Shown: positions 12,111-25,584, counted from the whole stretch's first letter. The stretch: DNA of 63,123 bases, filler included, from Chiloscyllium plagiosum (GCF_004010195.1; 6 parts of one record of this genome joined end to end with filler, not necessarily neighbours in it), one strand, 5' to 3'. Notes: generated by a model from the sequence alone, not told the origin. A program made the numbers and translations.

Positions 12111-12819
12111 TGAACAGCCGGGTAAGAATAGCACGAGACCATCACTTGTCCTACTCATAGCTCACCCGTCAGTGAGTACTGATCCCCGTGCACCATGAAT
12201 CACAACCCTTTCACCATGACCATTGTGTGATCCTGATACCTACCTGCACTCTTTTGGTATCACTCAGTCTCTCTCCATGTGGTATCCCTGACTGTGTGGG
12301 TCTAATTGCTGCCTCTGTCAACTTCTCTCGCTCTTGCAGCTACTCCAGATCCTGAGCCAATGGAATTCTCCATTCCAGAGAGACGCAGCAGCACAGGCCA
12401 GGGATGGAGACTGGGATTTTCCAGATCTCTGTGGGACTCAATGCCATCCTCCATGTGTAACCCTGACTGCATCAGTCTAATTTCCCATTCTGTCTGCTTC
12501 CCTGTCTCCTGTAGGTCATCAGGATGTTCCTGTCTCAGCCGAATTCCTAACTCCTGTCTCGTCCATAACCGCATCAAAGACGGTTGGTCAGCCAGAGAGA
12601 GATGGAGAGGGAGATCTGGAGCCTTCAGTAAATCCTGAAGCCGGTAAGATCACTCACAGTAAACAGCACAGGATGGAGATAGTGGCCATCTGTATTCAGA
12701 CCTGGAAGACAAAACATAGATACAGAGCTGGGTAAGGAACAGCTACATTCTAGGCGTCATTCCCACCATCTTATGAGGGTCCTGCTTTCATATCCGCTGT
12801 ACTGGTCCTCCCTGAGACA

Positions 12820-13178
12820 TCTCTCTCTGACTCTCTCTCTCTCCTCTCTCTCACCCCCTCACTCTCATTCTCTCTTTCTCACCCTCTCTTTCTCTCTCAC
12901 CCCCTCACTCACTCTCCACCCAAACTCTCTCTCACCCGACTTCTCTCTCCCTCGCGTCCCTCTCTCTCTCTCATCCCTCTGTCACTGGATTGCCCTCTAT
13001 CTCTCCCTATCACGCTCTGCCTCCTCTCTATCTATCTTCCTCTCTCTCTCTCGCTCTCTCTCTCTTGTCCCCTTCTCGTGCGCTCTGTCGCTCTCAGACT
13101 CTCTGTCTCATTTCCATCTCCTCCCTCACGATCATTTGCACCTCTGTCTCTCTCTCTCTCTTGCCCCCTCCTTGCCCC
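12820..13178. repeat. (CT)n-rich polypyrimidine tract
   Basis: Degenerate CT repeats up to the gap. Confidence 0.9.
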
Positions 13179-13679
13179 NNNNNNNNNNNNNNNNNNNNNN
13201 NNNNNNNNNNNNNNNNNNNNNNNNNNNNNNNNNNNNNNNNNNNNNNNNNNNNNNNNNNNNNNNNNNNNNNNNNNNNNNNNNNNNNNNNNNNNNNNNNNNN
13301 NNNNNNNNNNNNNNNNNNNNNNNNNNNNNNNNNNNNNNNNNNNNNNNNNNNNNNNNNNNNNNNNNNNNNNNNNNNNNNNNNNNNNNNNNNNNNNNNNNNN
13401 NNNNNNNNNNNNNNNNNNNNNNNNNNNNNNNNNNNNNNNNNNNNNNNNNNNNNNNNNNNNNNNNNNNNNNNNNNNNNNNNNNNNNNNNNNNNNNNNNNNN
13501 NNNNNNNNNNNNNNNNNNNNNNNNNNNNNNNNNNNNNNNNNNNNNNNNNNNNNNNNNNNNNNNNNNNNNNNNNNNNNNNNNNNNNNNNNNNNNNNNNNNN
13601 NNNNNNNNNNNNNNNNNNNNNNNNNNNNNNNNNNNNNNNNNNNNNNNNNNNNNNNNNNNNNNNNNNNNNNNNNNNNNNC

Positions 13680-15580
13680 ATTTACAGTCATAGAGATGTA
13701 CAGCACAGAAACAGGGCCTTCGGTCCAACTCATCCACGCCACCCACATATCCTAACATAATCTCGTCACATTTGCCAGCACTTAGCCCAAATCCCTCTCA
13801 ACCCTTCCTGTTCGTATACGCATCCAGATGCCTTTTAAATGCAGTAATTGTACCAGTCACCACCACTTCATCTGGCAGGTCATTCCATACACGCAACACC
13901 CTCCACGTCAAAACGTTGTCCCTTACGTTCCTTTCATATCTTTCCCCACTCATCCTGAACCTGGGCTCTCCAGTTCTGGACTACCCCACCCCAGGGAAAA
14001 GATCTTGTCTGTTAATCCTAACCATGCCTCTCATGGCTTTATAAACCTACATCTGGATACCCCTCAGCCTCAGACATTCTAGGGAAAACAGCCCTCTCAT
14101 TTAACCTCTCCCTTTAGCTCAAATCCTCCAATCCTGTCAGCATCTTTGCAAATCTTTTCTGAACCCTTTCAATTTACACAATATCCTTCCAATTGGTAGG
14201 AGACAAGAATTGCACGCAATATTCCCAAACTGACTAATCCAATGTCCTGTACAGCCACAGCATGACCTTCCAACTCCTCTACTCAATGTACTGATCAGTA
14301 AACGCAAGCATACCAAACACCTTATTCACGATCCTATCGACCCACAATTCTCCTTTCAAGGAACAATGAACCTGCACTCCAAGGTCTCTTTGTTCAGAAA
14401 CACTCCTTGGGATCTTAAAATTAAGCGTATCAGTCCTGCGAAGCGTTGCTTTTCCAAAATGCAGCACCTCCCATTTATCTAAATGAAGCTCCATCTGCCA
14501 CTCCTCAGCCCATTGGCCCATCAGTTCACCATCCCGTTGTAATGTGAAGGAACATTCTTCACTGTCCACTACACCTCCAATGTTGGTATCATCTGCAAAC
14601 GTACTAACTATACCTGCTATGTTCACATTCAAATCATTTATATAATTAATGGAAAGTAGTGGACGCAGCACCGATACTTGTGGAACTCCACTGGTCACAG
14701 GTCTTCAGTCTGAAAAAACAACCCTCCACAACCACCCTCTGTCTTCTACCTTTGAGCCAGTTCTGTATCCAAATGGCTGGTTTTCCCTGAATTCCGTGAG
14801 ATGTATCCTTGCTCTCCAATCTCCCATGTGGAAAGTTTTCGAATACCTTACTGAAGTCCATATCACTCACATCCACCGCTCTGCCCTCATCAATCCCTTT
14901 GTTACTTCTTCAAAAAACTCAATATCTTGAGACATGATTTCCGACGCACAAAGCAAAGCTGACTATCCCCAATTAGACATTGCCTTTCTAAACACAAGTA
15001 ATTCCTGTCCCGCATGTATCCGTCTTTCAACGTGCCCACGACTGACGTCTGATGAACCAGTCTGTAGTTCCCTGGCTTGTCCTTACCACCCGTCTCAAAC
15101 AGTGGCACCACGTTAGCCAACCAGTCTTCTGGCACCTCACCTGTGTCTATCGATGATACAAGTATTTCAGCACGGGGCCCAGCAATCACTTCTCTAGCTT
15201 CCCACAGAGACAGAGAGTACACCTGATAATGTCCTGGGGATTTCTCCACCTTTATGCGTTTCAAGAGATCCAGCACCTCCTCCTCTGTAACGTAGGCAAT
15301 TTGCAAGATGACATCATCTATTTCCCAATGCTAATTCCCAAACCATCATTCTATTTCTATATCTTCGATGTCCTTCTCCACAGGAAATTTTTGTTCAGTA
15401 TCTCCCCATCTCCTGCAGCTCCACGTGCAGGCGGTCTTGAACTTTGAGGGGCCCTATTCACTCCCCAGTGACACTTTGGCCTTTATGCATTTGTAAAAGC
15501 CGTTCGGATTCTCCTTAACCCTATTTCTGAAAGTGAACTCATGTCCATTTTTACTCTCCTGATTTCCTTCTATCCCTACA
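13680..15580 (-). mobile_element. CR1 LINE ORF2 3' half, inverted paralogue of 9012-10895
   Basis: Minus ORFs share private substitutions with the plus copy (GTLKDGYMRDRNY, KSCLKILSFL, DGELMGQWAEEW). Confidence 0.95.
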
Positions 15581-15827
15581 CAACACTGCAATCTCCCCCT
15601 CCCTGACAGATCCCAACACAACACGTTCGGATTCTCCTTAACCCTATTTCTGAAAGTGAACTCATGTCCATTTTTACTCTCCTGATTTCCTTCTATCCCT
15701 ACACAACACTGCAATCTCCCCCTCCCTGACAGATCCCAACACAACAGGACAATATACCCCGCCCAGAGTGATCCCTACACAACACTGCAATCTCCCCCTC
15801 GCTGACTGATCCCTACCCAACACTGCA
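15501..15827. repeat. 123-bp near-perfect tandem duplication overlapping the reverse copy of the ~38-bp minisatellite
   Basis: cgttcggattctccttaacc...cagatcccaacaca occurs at 15501 and again at 15624. Confidence 0.85.
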
Positions 15828-15927
15828 NNNNNNNNNNNNNNNNNNNNNNNNNNNNNNNNNNNNNNNNNNNNTTAATTAATTAANNNNNNNNNNNNNNNNN
15901 NNNNNNNNNNNNNNNNNNNNNNNNNNN
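15828..15927. other. Artificial 100-bp contig linker
   Basis: N run + TTAATTAATTAA + N run. Confidence 0.9.
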
Positions 15928-15929
15928 TA

Positions 15930-16275
15930 ACATCCATTCCAGTCCGCTGACCCCCTTTCGAATTCCTCCCACTCTCTTCCCATCACATCCCCCTCCCTTC
16001 CCAGCCCTTCCACCTCCCTTCCATTCCTCTGATCCACCCTTCTCCCAGCTTCCAACTTGATTCATTCCTGCAATCGACTAATCCGGCGGTACCCTCAACC
16101 AGTGTTAATCTATCCCCTACTCACCACACCACTTCCTCCTCCCCACTCCGCTTCTTTATCTGTAAACCTCCTAACGTCCATCCTTACTCCTTAAGAAATG
16201 TTGCACCCAAGGTGCTAACTACTGCACCTCCTGATGCTGCTTTGCTTTGTGTGGTCTTCCAGCCTCCTAGTTTTC
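15930..16275 (+). mobile_element. Decayed Penelope-like 3' non-coding end
   Basis: C-rich tract followed by cacctcctgatgctgctttgctttgtgtggtcttccagc, as in the other Penelope ends here. Confidence 0.55.
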
Positions 16276-16469
16276 AATTTTTACCTTTTTTAAAAAAGCT
16301 CTTCAGGTGTAATTGGCAGGACACAGTGAATCGGCTATGACCCTGCTTGTCCAATAGTTTCGATGGGTTGAATGGCTTTCTCACATTCTTGTGAAACCAG
16401 CTTGACAGGCTGAAAGAGCTCCTCTTTTTATCCTGTGGAAATGTTCAGGGTTGTGCAGTGCTGTTACAT

Positions 16470-16800
16470 GAATGTTACTTACTCGTTAACAGCATGAGCT
16501 TGAATGTTGTTCAGGTTTTGAAGTTTTATGTGATTTCTACAGAACAACTTCACTTCTGATAGAATGACGTAGGGAAAGACATTGATGAAGCAGCTGAAGG
16601 TGTTTGTGCCGAGGAAGCTATCCTGAGGATTGCCCACAGAGATATCCAGGGACTGAGAGGATTGCTGTCCACCAACCACATTGTTTTCTGAATGACCCAG
16701 TGGGGGGTTTACACCTGATCCCATTCAGTTCAAACTTATTCAGACTCCTTGACACCATCAAATCCTGCCATAATGTCATGGCAACCCACTCTGACGCTGA
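16470..16800 (-). mobile_element. LINE-B RT fragment
   Basis: Minus ORF VVVGGQQSSQSLDISVGNPQDSFLG...FSCFINVFP (GVPQGS-like RT motif). Confidence 0.7.
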
Positions 16801-17333
16801 GTTTGTATCTTTTGTTCATGTCAATAGGCCAAGGTATATGTGTGGGGAGTGATGCCTTCTCTCAGAGGGTAGAGAATGTTGGGGACTCCATGTCTCACAC
16901 AGCTGCATAACAGAAATGATTGGGTGGATTGGGAGTGGGTATCAATGGATTTGGACACGTTAGAGATTCAAGGGCTACAAGGAATTGGGCATGAAAGAGA
17001 AATTGCAGCCGAGACCAGATCAGTCCTGATGTTACTGAAGGGAAGGGCAAGATTAAGGAGCTCAGTGGCCTCGTGTTATTCCAGCATAATCCAGAGTCCA
17101 GTCAGTTTGTGGTCTCTTCGATTTCCTGTGTTACAGAATTCAAGTAACTGAACAGACTGATCCTGTTGCTGTGTATCAGGATATTGGTGCTGCGTGATCT
17201 ACTCTGGGTACAGTTTTATAGGCTCGAGGGGTTGATTAGACTCCCCATGTAACTGTATATCAGTGTCCAGGGGCTGAAAACATTCATCCTATTCTGTTGT
17301 AACTGAAAACCAAACAAACTAATTCTACCGTCC

Positions 17334-17556
17334 GAGGAGAAAGTGAGCACTGCAGATGCTGGAGATCAGAGCGAAAATCGTATGGCATTGGAAAAGGACG
17401 ACAGGTCAGGCAGCATCTGAGAAGCAGGAGAATCGATGTTTGGACATTCCAGATGAAGGGCTGATATCTGAAATATCGATTCTCCTGTCCCTTGCATGCT
17501 GTCCCTGGTCTTGGTGTGCATTTCCAGCACCATACGTTTCGACGTCTATCACCCAG
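17334..17556. mobile_element. Fold-back Penelope terminal element with decayed hammerhead-like core
   Basis: Arm gcagcatctgagaagcaggagaatcgatg is complementary to tatcgattctcctgtcccttgcatgctg; centre ccagatgaagggctgatatctgaaa. Confidence 0.75.
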
Positions 17557-17569
17557 CCAAAGTTAACCT

Positions 17570-20500
17570 TCCGGTCACATCCTCAATTAGGTTTAAAACG
17601 GTGTTAGGCATAAACCTCCGGACACAAAGCCATGCTTACTATTCCTAATCAGACCCTGCCTTTCAAAATGCATGTACATCTTATTCCTTTGTGTGTTCTC
17701 AAGTAATGTACCTACCAATGATGTTAAACGTGCTGGTCTAGAGTTCCCAGACATTTCTTTTACAGATCTTTTTGAATAAAGGCACACCATTTGTTATCCT
17801 CCAGTCTTCCAGAATCTCAAATTTTGTTAATGGTGATAAAACGTTTCACCAGCGTCCCCACAAGTTCTTCTCTAGCTCCTTGCAGTGTTCATGGATATAC
17901 TTGTTAAGGACCATGAGATTAATCCACTGTCAAACTTCATTGTGCGCCCAATACCTCCTCCACTGTGATATGGACTGCCCCTAAGATATTATCACTGACT
18001 TCCTCAAGTTCCTAAGTATTTATGTCTTTCTCCACGGTATATACAGTGAAGCAATATTTGTTGAGGACCTCGTCCATCTCTTATGGTTCTACACATATAT
18101 GTCCAGTTTGGTATTTGAGGGGTCCTAGTCTCTCACTTAGTTATTTCTTTCCTTTAAAAATCTTAAACTACCTCTTTGGATTCATCCTAATTTTCTCAGT
18201 CAAGGTTCTTTCGCACCTTTGTCCCCTTCTTGATTTCCAGCAGAGGTAGACTGCTAGATCCCTTATATGCCGCCAGGGATTCCCTTGATCCCAGTTGCCT
18301 GTACTTGAGCCACGCTTTCCCCCTTTTCAGTCAAAGCCTAAATATCTCTTGTCATGCTGAGTTCCCCATTCCTGCCAACCTTCGCTGCACTGTCACAGGA
18401 ACATAAAAACCTTTGAAATCTAGCTATCTCACGTTTAAAGGCTTCCCACTAGCCAGGTGACCATTCACCTGCAAACATACTACTCCAGTTGACCCTTGCA
18501 AGCTTCTGTCTAATCCCATCAACAATCACCTTGTCCCAATTTAGAACTTGAGCCTCTCCATAGTTCTGTCCCTCTCCATAGCTATTTGAAAATTAATAGA
18601 ACGTTGGTCACTGCTCCCAAAGTGCTCCCCCACTGTCACCTCAGTCACCTGTCCTACTCTGTTTCTCAAGAGTTGTTCCAGTTTTGACCCTTCCCAAGTA
18701 GGACCCTCTACATACTGCTTGAGGAAACTTTCCTGAACACACTTATCTGATTCCACTCCATCAAATTCCTTAACGCTCCTGCAGTCTGAGTCTGCTACAA
18801 AAATTAAAATCCACTGTTATGACAACCACATTGCTGCTGCATGTCTCCCTTCTCCATGCATATTTGTTACTATAATTCACGTTGGCGATTTGGAGGCCTA
18901 CAGCACTATCCGGTGACATCATCATCCACTTCCTACTTCTTAGCTCCACCCACAAAGCCTCACTGGTGATTGGTCAGTTATTTTTTCTCTGATTACTGCT
19001 GTGATAATACCCTTAATCAGAAATTTAACTCCTCCTCCCCTCCTTCCAGCATCCCTGTTCCGCCTAAAGCACCTGTACGTTAAGCAGCCAGTCCTGTGCC
19101 TCGCTTAGCTATGTTTCTATAAAGGCTGTATTATCCCAATCACACCTTCCTTTCCTCGCCCTTAGTTTATTGGCCTTTCCTGTCAGCACTCTTGCATCGA
19201 AATAAATGCAGTTTAATCCAACAGGCACTCCTTGCTCCCTGTCGTTTTCCAGCCTAACCTGTCTCTTCACTTTCCTGTTTCTGATTACTGTATCTCCTTG
19301 CAGCCTCGCACTTGACTCCCTGATCATGAGAATACCCTCCTCGCCAATGTAATTTAAATCTTCCCTTGCAGCACGAGCAAAATTCGCCAACAAGATATTG
19401 CTCTCCTCCCCATTGCATGTGCCATCTGTCTCTACTGATCAGGTCAACCCTATCACAGAAAAGACCCCAATGATTTAAACATTTGATTTGTTCTGCCCCC
19501 ACCCCCGCACCAATTCTTTAGTTACTTATTTATCTGCCATATCGTCCTGTTCTTACTATCATTAGCTCATCCCACTGGAACTGGTCAGCAGATTACCGCC
19601 TTAAAGGTCCTAGTTTTTAACTTTCCTCCTAGCTCTCAGTAATCATTCTGTAGGACCTCATTCCTACAGAGTGTCCTGTGTCTACCTGTGTCATTTGTTC
19701 CAACGTGGACAATGATTTCTGGCTGCTCCCCCTCCCCCTGGAGAATGTTCTGCAGCCACTCGGATCCTGACACCTGGGAGGTAACACACCGTCCTGGATT
19801 CCCGTTTGAGGCCACGGAATCTCCGATCTATCCCTCTAACAATCGACTCTCCTATCTCTGAGGTCCTATTTACCGTGACCCTTTCCTACTATGCCCCAGA
19901 GTCAATGGTAATGCCACCAACCTGGCTACTGCTGCTTTTCCCTGAACCGTCATTCCCCTGAGCAGTATCCAAAACGGTGTGCTTGTTTTCGACGGGAATG
20001 GCCACAGGAAATTCCAGCACTCTGCCTACTCCGTTCGCCATTCCAGTTCGTCGTCCACCTCCTCTCTGTCTTGAACACAACAGGAAGCAAGGACTGTCTA
20101 TTGGATTAAATTGCCTTTATTTAAGTGCAACAGGACTGACAGGTAAGCCTGATGAACTCATGGCATGAATGTTAACGTGGAACTTGGATATTATAGTCAT
20201 TGCAGTAACATGATTGGTGTGGGTCTTGGGTGTGACCACAACAATAAAGCTCTTACCTATGAAGTTCTCAGTGTCTCGGATGATCCTGAATCCAGATCCA
20301 GATCCCGAACACGGTCTCCCAGGAGTTGCAGCTGGGTTCACTTTTCACACGTGTAGTCTTCAGGGATGGTGGAAATTTACCTGAGATCCCACATCCCGTA
20401 GGAGGAACGTGCAACTGCCCTAACTGGTCTCACCACTGCTGCAACACTGAAGTTGAATGGACATTATACTTGAGCTTCTCTGTAGGTTTTGCTGAGCTGT

Positions 20501-20700
20501 TGCTTTGCAAAGCATCTTGAGCCAAACATTATTCGTTACTCTGCTACCAAAAGCGTGTCTCTCAACCCTTTCGCACTTAGTTTTGGTTAGGGAAACATGG
20601 AGACACTGCAATGATGCAGCACTTGAGCTTTAAGCACTCCTTGACTCCTGGCCACTGACTACCTGCTCTCCAGCCAAGATCACTGCTTGGTCTTGGAGAG
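17570..20700 (-). mobile_element. 5' portion of a CR1 LINE: 5' UTR, ORF1 (zinc finger and esterase-like region) and ORF2 endonuclease to start of RT, degenerate
   Basis: Minus strand at 20300-20420 resembles the ORF1 Cys motif (RAVA.SS.GMW...IPEDYTC); PVAIPVENKHTVLDT; ORF2 start LNCIYFDAR; FLKQYVEGPT; GEHFGSSDQ; LIRNSKHGFV. Confidence 0.85.
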
Positions 20701-21199
20701 TGTCTTACTGAGATCTTCATTTTGGTAGTGATCACTGCGCTAATGCTAATCTTCATCCCGACAGCCAATCCGCATGTCTCAGTCACTTGGTCCTTTCTGT
20801 CTAATAGTACTGCATTTATGAATTCCTGGAATCCGTCGACTGCATTCCAAATTGTGTCTCACTCCACAGCGAGAGAGTTGACGTTCCAGTGAATACAAGG
20901 CTATAGTAAAAATGATACAAATCGACATATGTCTATCTGCTCACTGAGTCTGCTTTTCCACTCAATTAGATGAGATCTATTTTGATAATCCCCCATTCCA
21001 CTTCTCTGCATTTTCCCCCCATAAGCCTTGTATAAAAATCAGTCTGCCTCAACCCTGAATATATTTAATGAGCCAGCCTCAACAGCCCACAGAATCTTCT
21101 ACAATTTTTCCCTTTCACTGATGTGCGACATGGTGGTCTTTAACCCCATGCGGTATTTCTAGCATTTTTTTATGAAAGTTGTACCAATATTAGATATTG

Positions 21200-22620
21200 T
21201 CCTGTCCTATCACATCTTCTCTGTGGCCAGATGCAAAACAAAAATGAAAGGTTAAGAGACTGTACTCTCCTCACTCGTCTTCCACGTCAGCCGAAGATAC
21301 AGCTCATTCTGACCTGTGGATTTTCCCACTCTCTATCCCGCATAAACTTCCAATTCTTCGTCAGCTTCTGTATCAATTCACTCAAGGACCACACGGTCTC
21401 TCTGCCTGAATGCAGGAACTCCTTCCTCAAACTGAAGACCGAAAGAAAGTCCCTGTTTAACATACTCTCTGGCTCCGTGCGCCTGCTAGATCCATAATAC
21501 TCCCACGTCTCTCCCGCGTTATCCTCTTCCCCTTAATAAACCGAAAGAATGTCTTTGAATTCTTGCTAATCTTACTTTCGAATGTTTTAACTCCCCGCCT
21601 CCACATCTGCTCTTCTACTGACTTTTTAGGTTTAGCCCCACACGTCCTATATTCTTTTCGGACCTCCACTGACCGGCTCACCTTGTACCAGCTTTTGGAT
21701 TCACTATCCTTTTTAATTCTGTTCGAAATTTGTGTCGACACCTGTGGTTCTCTTGGCTTGTTTTCCTAAATCATGCTGGGCCGACACAGTCATCAATTCC
21801 ATTTTGATCAATTGATCCCTCAACCCCCGCCCCACGCTGTTCTGCTACAGTTTCACCCAGAAGCAACTGCACTTTGGCCTGATCCTGTCATATTTCTTCC
21901 TAAAATAGGTCTCCCAAATCCAAAAAGCTTTCATTTTTAAAACATTTTTGGGTCTTTTCCTTAGCAAACTCAAAACATATGAGTCACGGCCACTAGTCCT
22001 TTCATGCTCTCCCAATCTTGCCTGCAACATCTGACTGGCTTCTTTCCCCACCGTGAGGCCAAGCACTGTCCCGCCCATTGTTGATATAAGGAGCTCTGTG
22101 GAATAATTTTCGAGGCATCTGTCCCCTCTAAAAAAGTTATCACTGCCTGAATGAATGTTTGGAATTGAAATGTCTGAATATGATGATCCACTTGTTATAT
22201 TAACACACCTCAGGAAATTGGTTTTATACCAGCTCCTGTACTTTCTTTTATCTGGGAGTCTACAATATATCCCCAACGGTGTGTCTGTCATGGTTTTGAT
22301 CCTGAGCTCTAACCACCAAGCCTCATTAGAAGATCCTTCTTACAACAGTAACTGACTCCATAATTAATAATGCAACAACACTTCCTTGTTTACGAACTCT
22401 CCTGTCGTGCCTATAGTTCTTGTACCACTGGATATTGTGTTGTCAGCCCTGACCTCCCTCAAACACATCTCTGTAATGGTAAAAATATCACAATTCCCCA
22501 TTTCACTTTGTTCCCTTATCATATCTGTCTGTCGGATAATATTCCCAGCATTTAGGTAAATGACATCCAGCCTGGAATATAACACCTGGAATGCTCTATA
22601 ACGTGGAGTTCTTCTGTCAT
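21200..22620 (-). mobile_element. Old CR1 ORF2 endonuclease region, decayed
   Basis: Minus ORFs IYLNAGNI...DIFTITEMCL, LGIYCRLP and NSKTFFRFIKGKRITRE. Confidence 0.75.
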
Positions 22621-22824
22621 TCATTGTTTGTTCTCAAGCTGCCCAATTCATGAACAAAACTGTTACTCTGGTAAAGAATGAATATTTGTTGAATTGTAAT
22701 TTCTCTTTTAATAAATGTATTCATGAAATGCAACTTTCCAGAACTAAACAGTCAGCTCCACATGCAATGAGTTTCTGCTGATTAATTCCCTGTTCTGTGT
22801 GCAGAGGGGACAGCTCTAAGTAAT

Positions 22825-22955
22825 GGAGAAAGTGAGAACTGACGGTCCTGGGGATCAGAATCGAAACGTGTGGCGCTGGTAAAGAAAAGCCTGTCGGGCA
22901 GCATCTGAGGAACAGGAGAATCAAAGCTTTGGGCATCTGCCCTTCATCAGGAAGG
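22825..22955 (-). mobile_element. Penelope terminal fragment
   Basis: gagaaagtgagaactg...ggcagcatctgaggaacaggagaatc...gcccttcatcagg, same family as 17334 and 48938. Confidence 0.75.
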
Positions 22956-22959
22956 CATT

Positions 22960-24625
22960 GGTACCATCCCATGTTTTCCACTTCACGATTGACAGGATAT
23001 TGTGAACCATACGTGTTCCAGAAGGCCTGAAATGGAAAGCAGTCAATCATTTGTTTGGACAGGGAGAAGACATTTTCAGGTGAAGTACAGATTGAATTCA
23101 AGTACAAACACAAGAACTGATAAATCGCTTGAGCCAAACGGACAAAATCCGAGGTTACTACAGGAAGACAGGGAAGAGATTCCTGCGCCCTTGGCGATGA
23201 TCTTTCCATCCTCACTGTCGACTGGAGTAGTGCCAGATGGCTGGAGGGCGGTAAATGTTACTCCTTGTTCAAGGAAGGTACTAGGGATTATCCTGAGAAT
23301 TACAGACCAGCCAGTCTGACATCAGTATTGGGCAAAGTATTGGAGCCGTTTCTGAGAGACAGAATTTATGATTACTTGGAAAATCATAGATTGATTAGAA
23401 ATAGTCAGCATGGCTTTGTGAGGGGCAGGTCATGCCTCACAAAACTTTTAAAAAACTTTGAGGACGGGATCAAACACATTGAAGAAGGTGGAGCAATGGA
23501 TGTGGAGTGCATGGATTTTAACAAGGTGTTGATGATATTCCCCAAGGCAGATTCATTCAGAAAGGAAGGAGGGATGAGATACAAGGAAACCTGTATGTCT
23601 GGATACAGAATTGGCTGGCACACAGAAGACACAAAGTTGTGGTAAATGGGAAGTATTCAGTCTGGAGCTCAGTAATCAGTGGTGTTCGGTTGGGATCAGT
23701 TCTGGGACCTCTGCTGTTTGTGATTTTTATAACTGACTTAGATGAGGAAGTGGAAGGGTAGGTTTCTAAGTCTGTCTATATAACAAATATTGTTGAAGTT
23801 GTCGGATTGTGTGGAGAGCTGTTGTAGTTTGCAATGGGGCATTTACAGGATGCAGAACGGGGCTGATAAGTGGCAGATGGAGTTCAATCTGAAAATGTGT
23901 GAAGCAATTCATTTTGGAAGGTCGAATTTGAATGCAGAAAAAAGGCAGGATTCTTGCATTGTGGAGGAACAGGGTGATCTTGTGGTCCATGTCATAGCTC
24001 CCTCAGAGTTGCCACCCAGTTTGATAAGGTTGTTAAGAAGGCGTATGATGTTTTCATTTGCATATGGTTAGGGTTTAAGAGCTGCGAGGATATGCTGCAG
24101 CTCTATGGAACCCTGGTGAGATCACACTTAGAATATTGTGATCAGTTCTGGTCGCCTCATTGTAGGAAGGATGTGGAAACTTTAATGAGGGTGCTGAGGA
24201 GATTTATCAGGATGCTAACAAAGAAGAGTTCAGGGTTTTTCTCATTGGAGCAAAGAAGGATGAGATATGACTTGATAGATGTGTTCAAAATGATGAGAGT
24301 CAAAGATAGAGTGGATAGCCAGAGACTTTTTCCCATGGTGGAAATATCTATCACGAGGGCGAAAAACTTTAATGTAATTGGAGGAAGGTTTAATGGAGAT
24401 GTCAGAGGTAGATTCCTTACAGAGAGAATGGTGCATGGGTGGAATGTACTGCTGGCAACTGTAGTAGAGTCAGCTGCTTTGGGGATATATTAAGCAACTA
24501 TTGGATTGGCAAATGAATGATAGCATAATGAAGGGTATGTAGGTTAATCTGATCTTAGAGAAGGATAAAAGGTTGGCTGGACGTCAAGGGCCGAAAGTTC
24601 TGCACTGTGCTGTACTGTTCTGTGT
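22960..24625 (+). mobile_element. CR1 LINE ORF2 (RT) with 3' end, disrupted
   Basis: NYRPASLTSVLGKVLE, SQHGFVRGRSCLT, WQMEFN, LVRSHLEYC.QFWSP, WNVL. Confidence 0.95.
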
Positions 24626-25584
24626 TTCATGCTTCAAACAGCTTGAGGATTCTTATCAATTATTGAATGTGTGAGGGAGTGATGTGTATGAGATCAGGAA
24701 GCTTTGTAGGGGCGTTAGGCCAAGATGTCCACTTATGGTGTGCATTCTTACAGTCACGTGAGTACCAGTACTCTATGTGTGTGACGACCTACACCAGACA
24801 GAATCCGTCAAGTTCAGTCATTGATGTGATGCTGGACTTGCCATTTGCTGCTGTTTTCTTCAGATAAATTCTGTTGGGTGACCCATGTATTAATTTTTGT
24901 CCATCAACAGAGATATACAGTTTCATTTTGATACTGGTGAATGTGAAGGTGAAATTTGTTGGACACGGTTTTAGAGGTTTCATTGCAAGACACAATGTGC
25001 TGCAGAATACAGTCAACCTGATAACGTCTTCGCCCAGTGCCTGGCCCAGGTAGCAGATGCTTGGAGTCTGGGGGGCAGACCAGATACCATCACCATTAGT
25101 AACTTGTGCGATGTGATTCTGACACTCCATGTCCATTCAGCTGCCCCCGGACAAGGCTCAGACCGAAGATGGAGTCGAACTAATTTGTTGTGAACTAATG
25201 ATTGAATGACTGCCCTGACCCAGGTGTAAGCTCTCTGCATTCATTTAAGAGCAGAACAATGTCTTACCCAGTATCACACGCAGCTGTGACTGAATTCAAA
25301 TCTTTCAAAATCTTTTTCCAATGTAGGTTATGATTGCAAGCCGATCTGCAAAAATCAGATATTTGCTATGTTTGTGAATTGTGATTCACAAAAATGTGAA
25401 TTTTCATTATTCAACCGAACAATTCTCTGAAAACAATTAGGTTGATATTATATTTATGTCAATAAAATATACTTTCCTGCCAACATTTTATGATACAAAA
25501 ATAAATAATGTATACTTTATTTAATATCGAGCAAAGAACATGTTATCTGACTATCGTGCTGATTACAATTACATACTTTTGTAT

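Noticed and set aside
12773..13760. Long ORFs of 195-306 aa (also at 40973-41837, 42199-42776, 45129-45902)
   Set aside because: They read through N gaps and low-complexity or LINE sequence.
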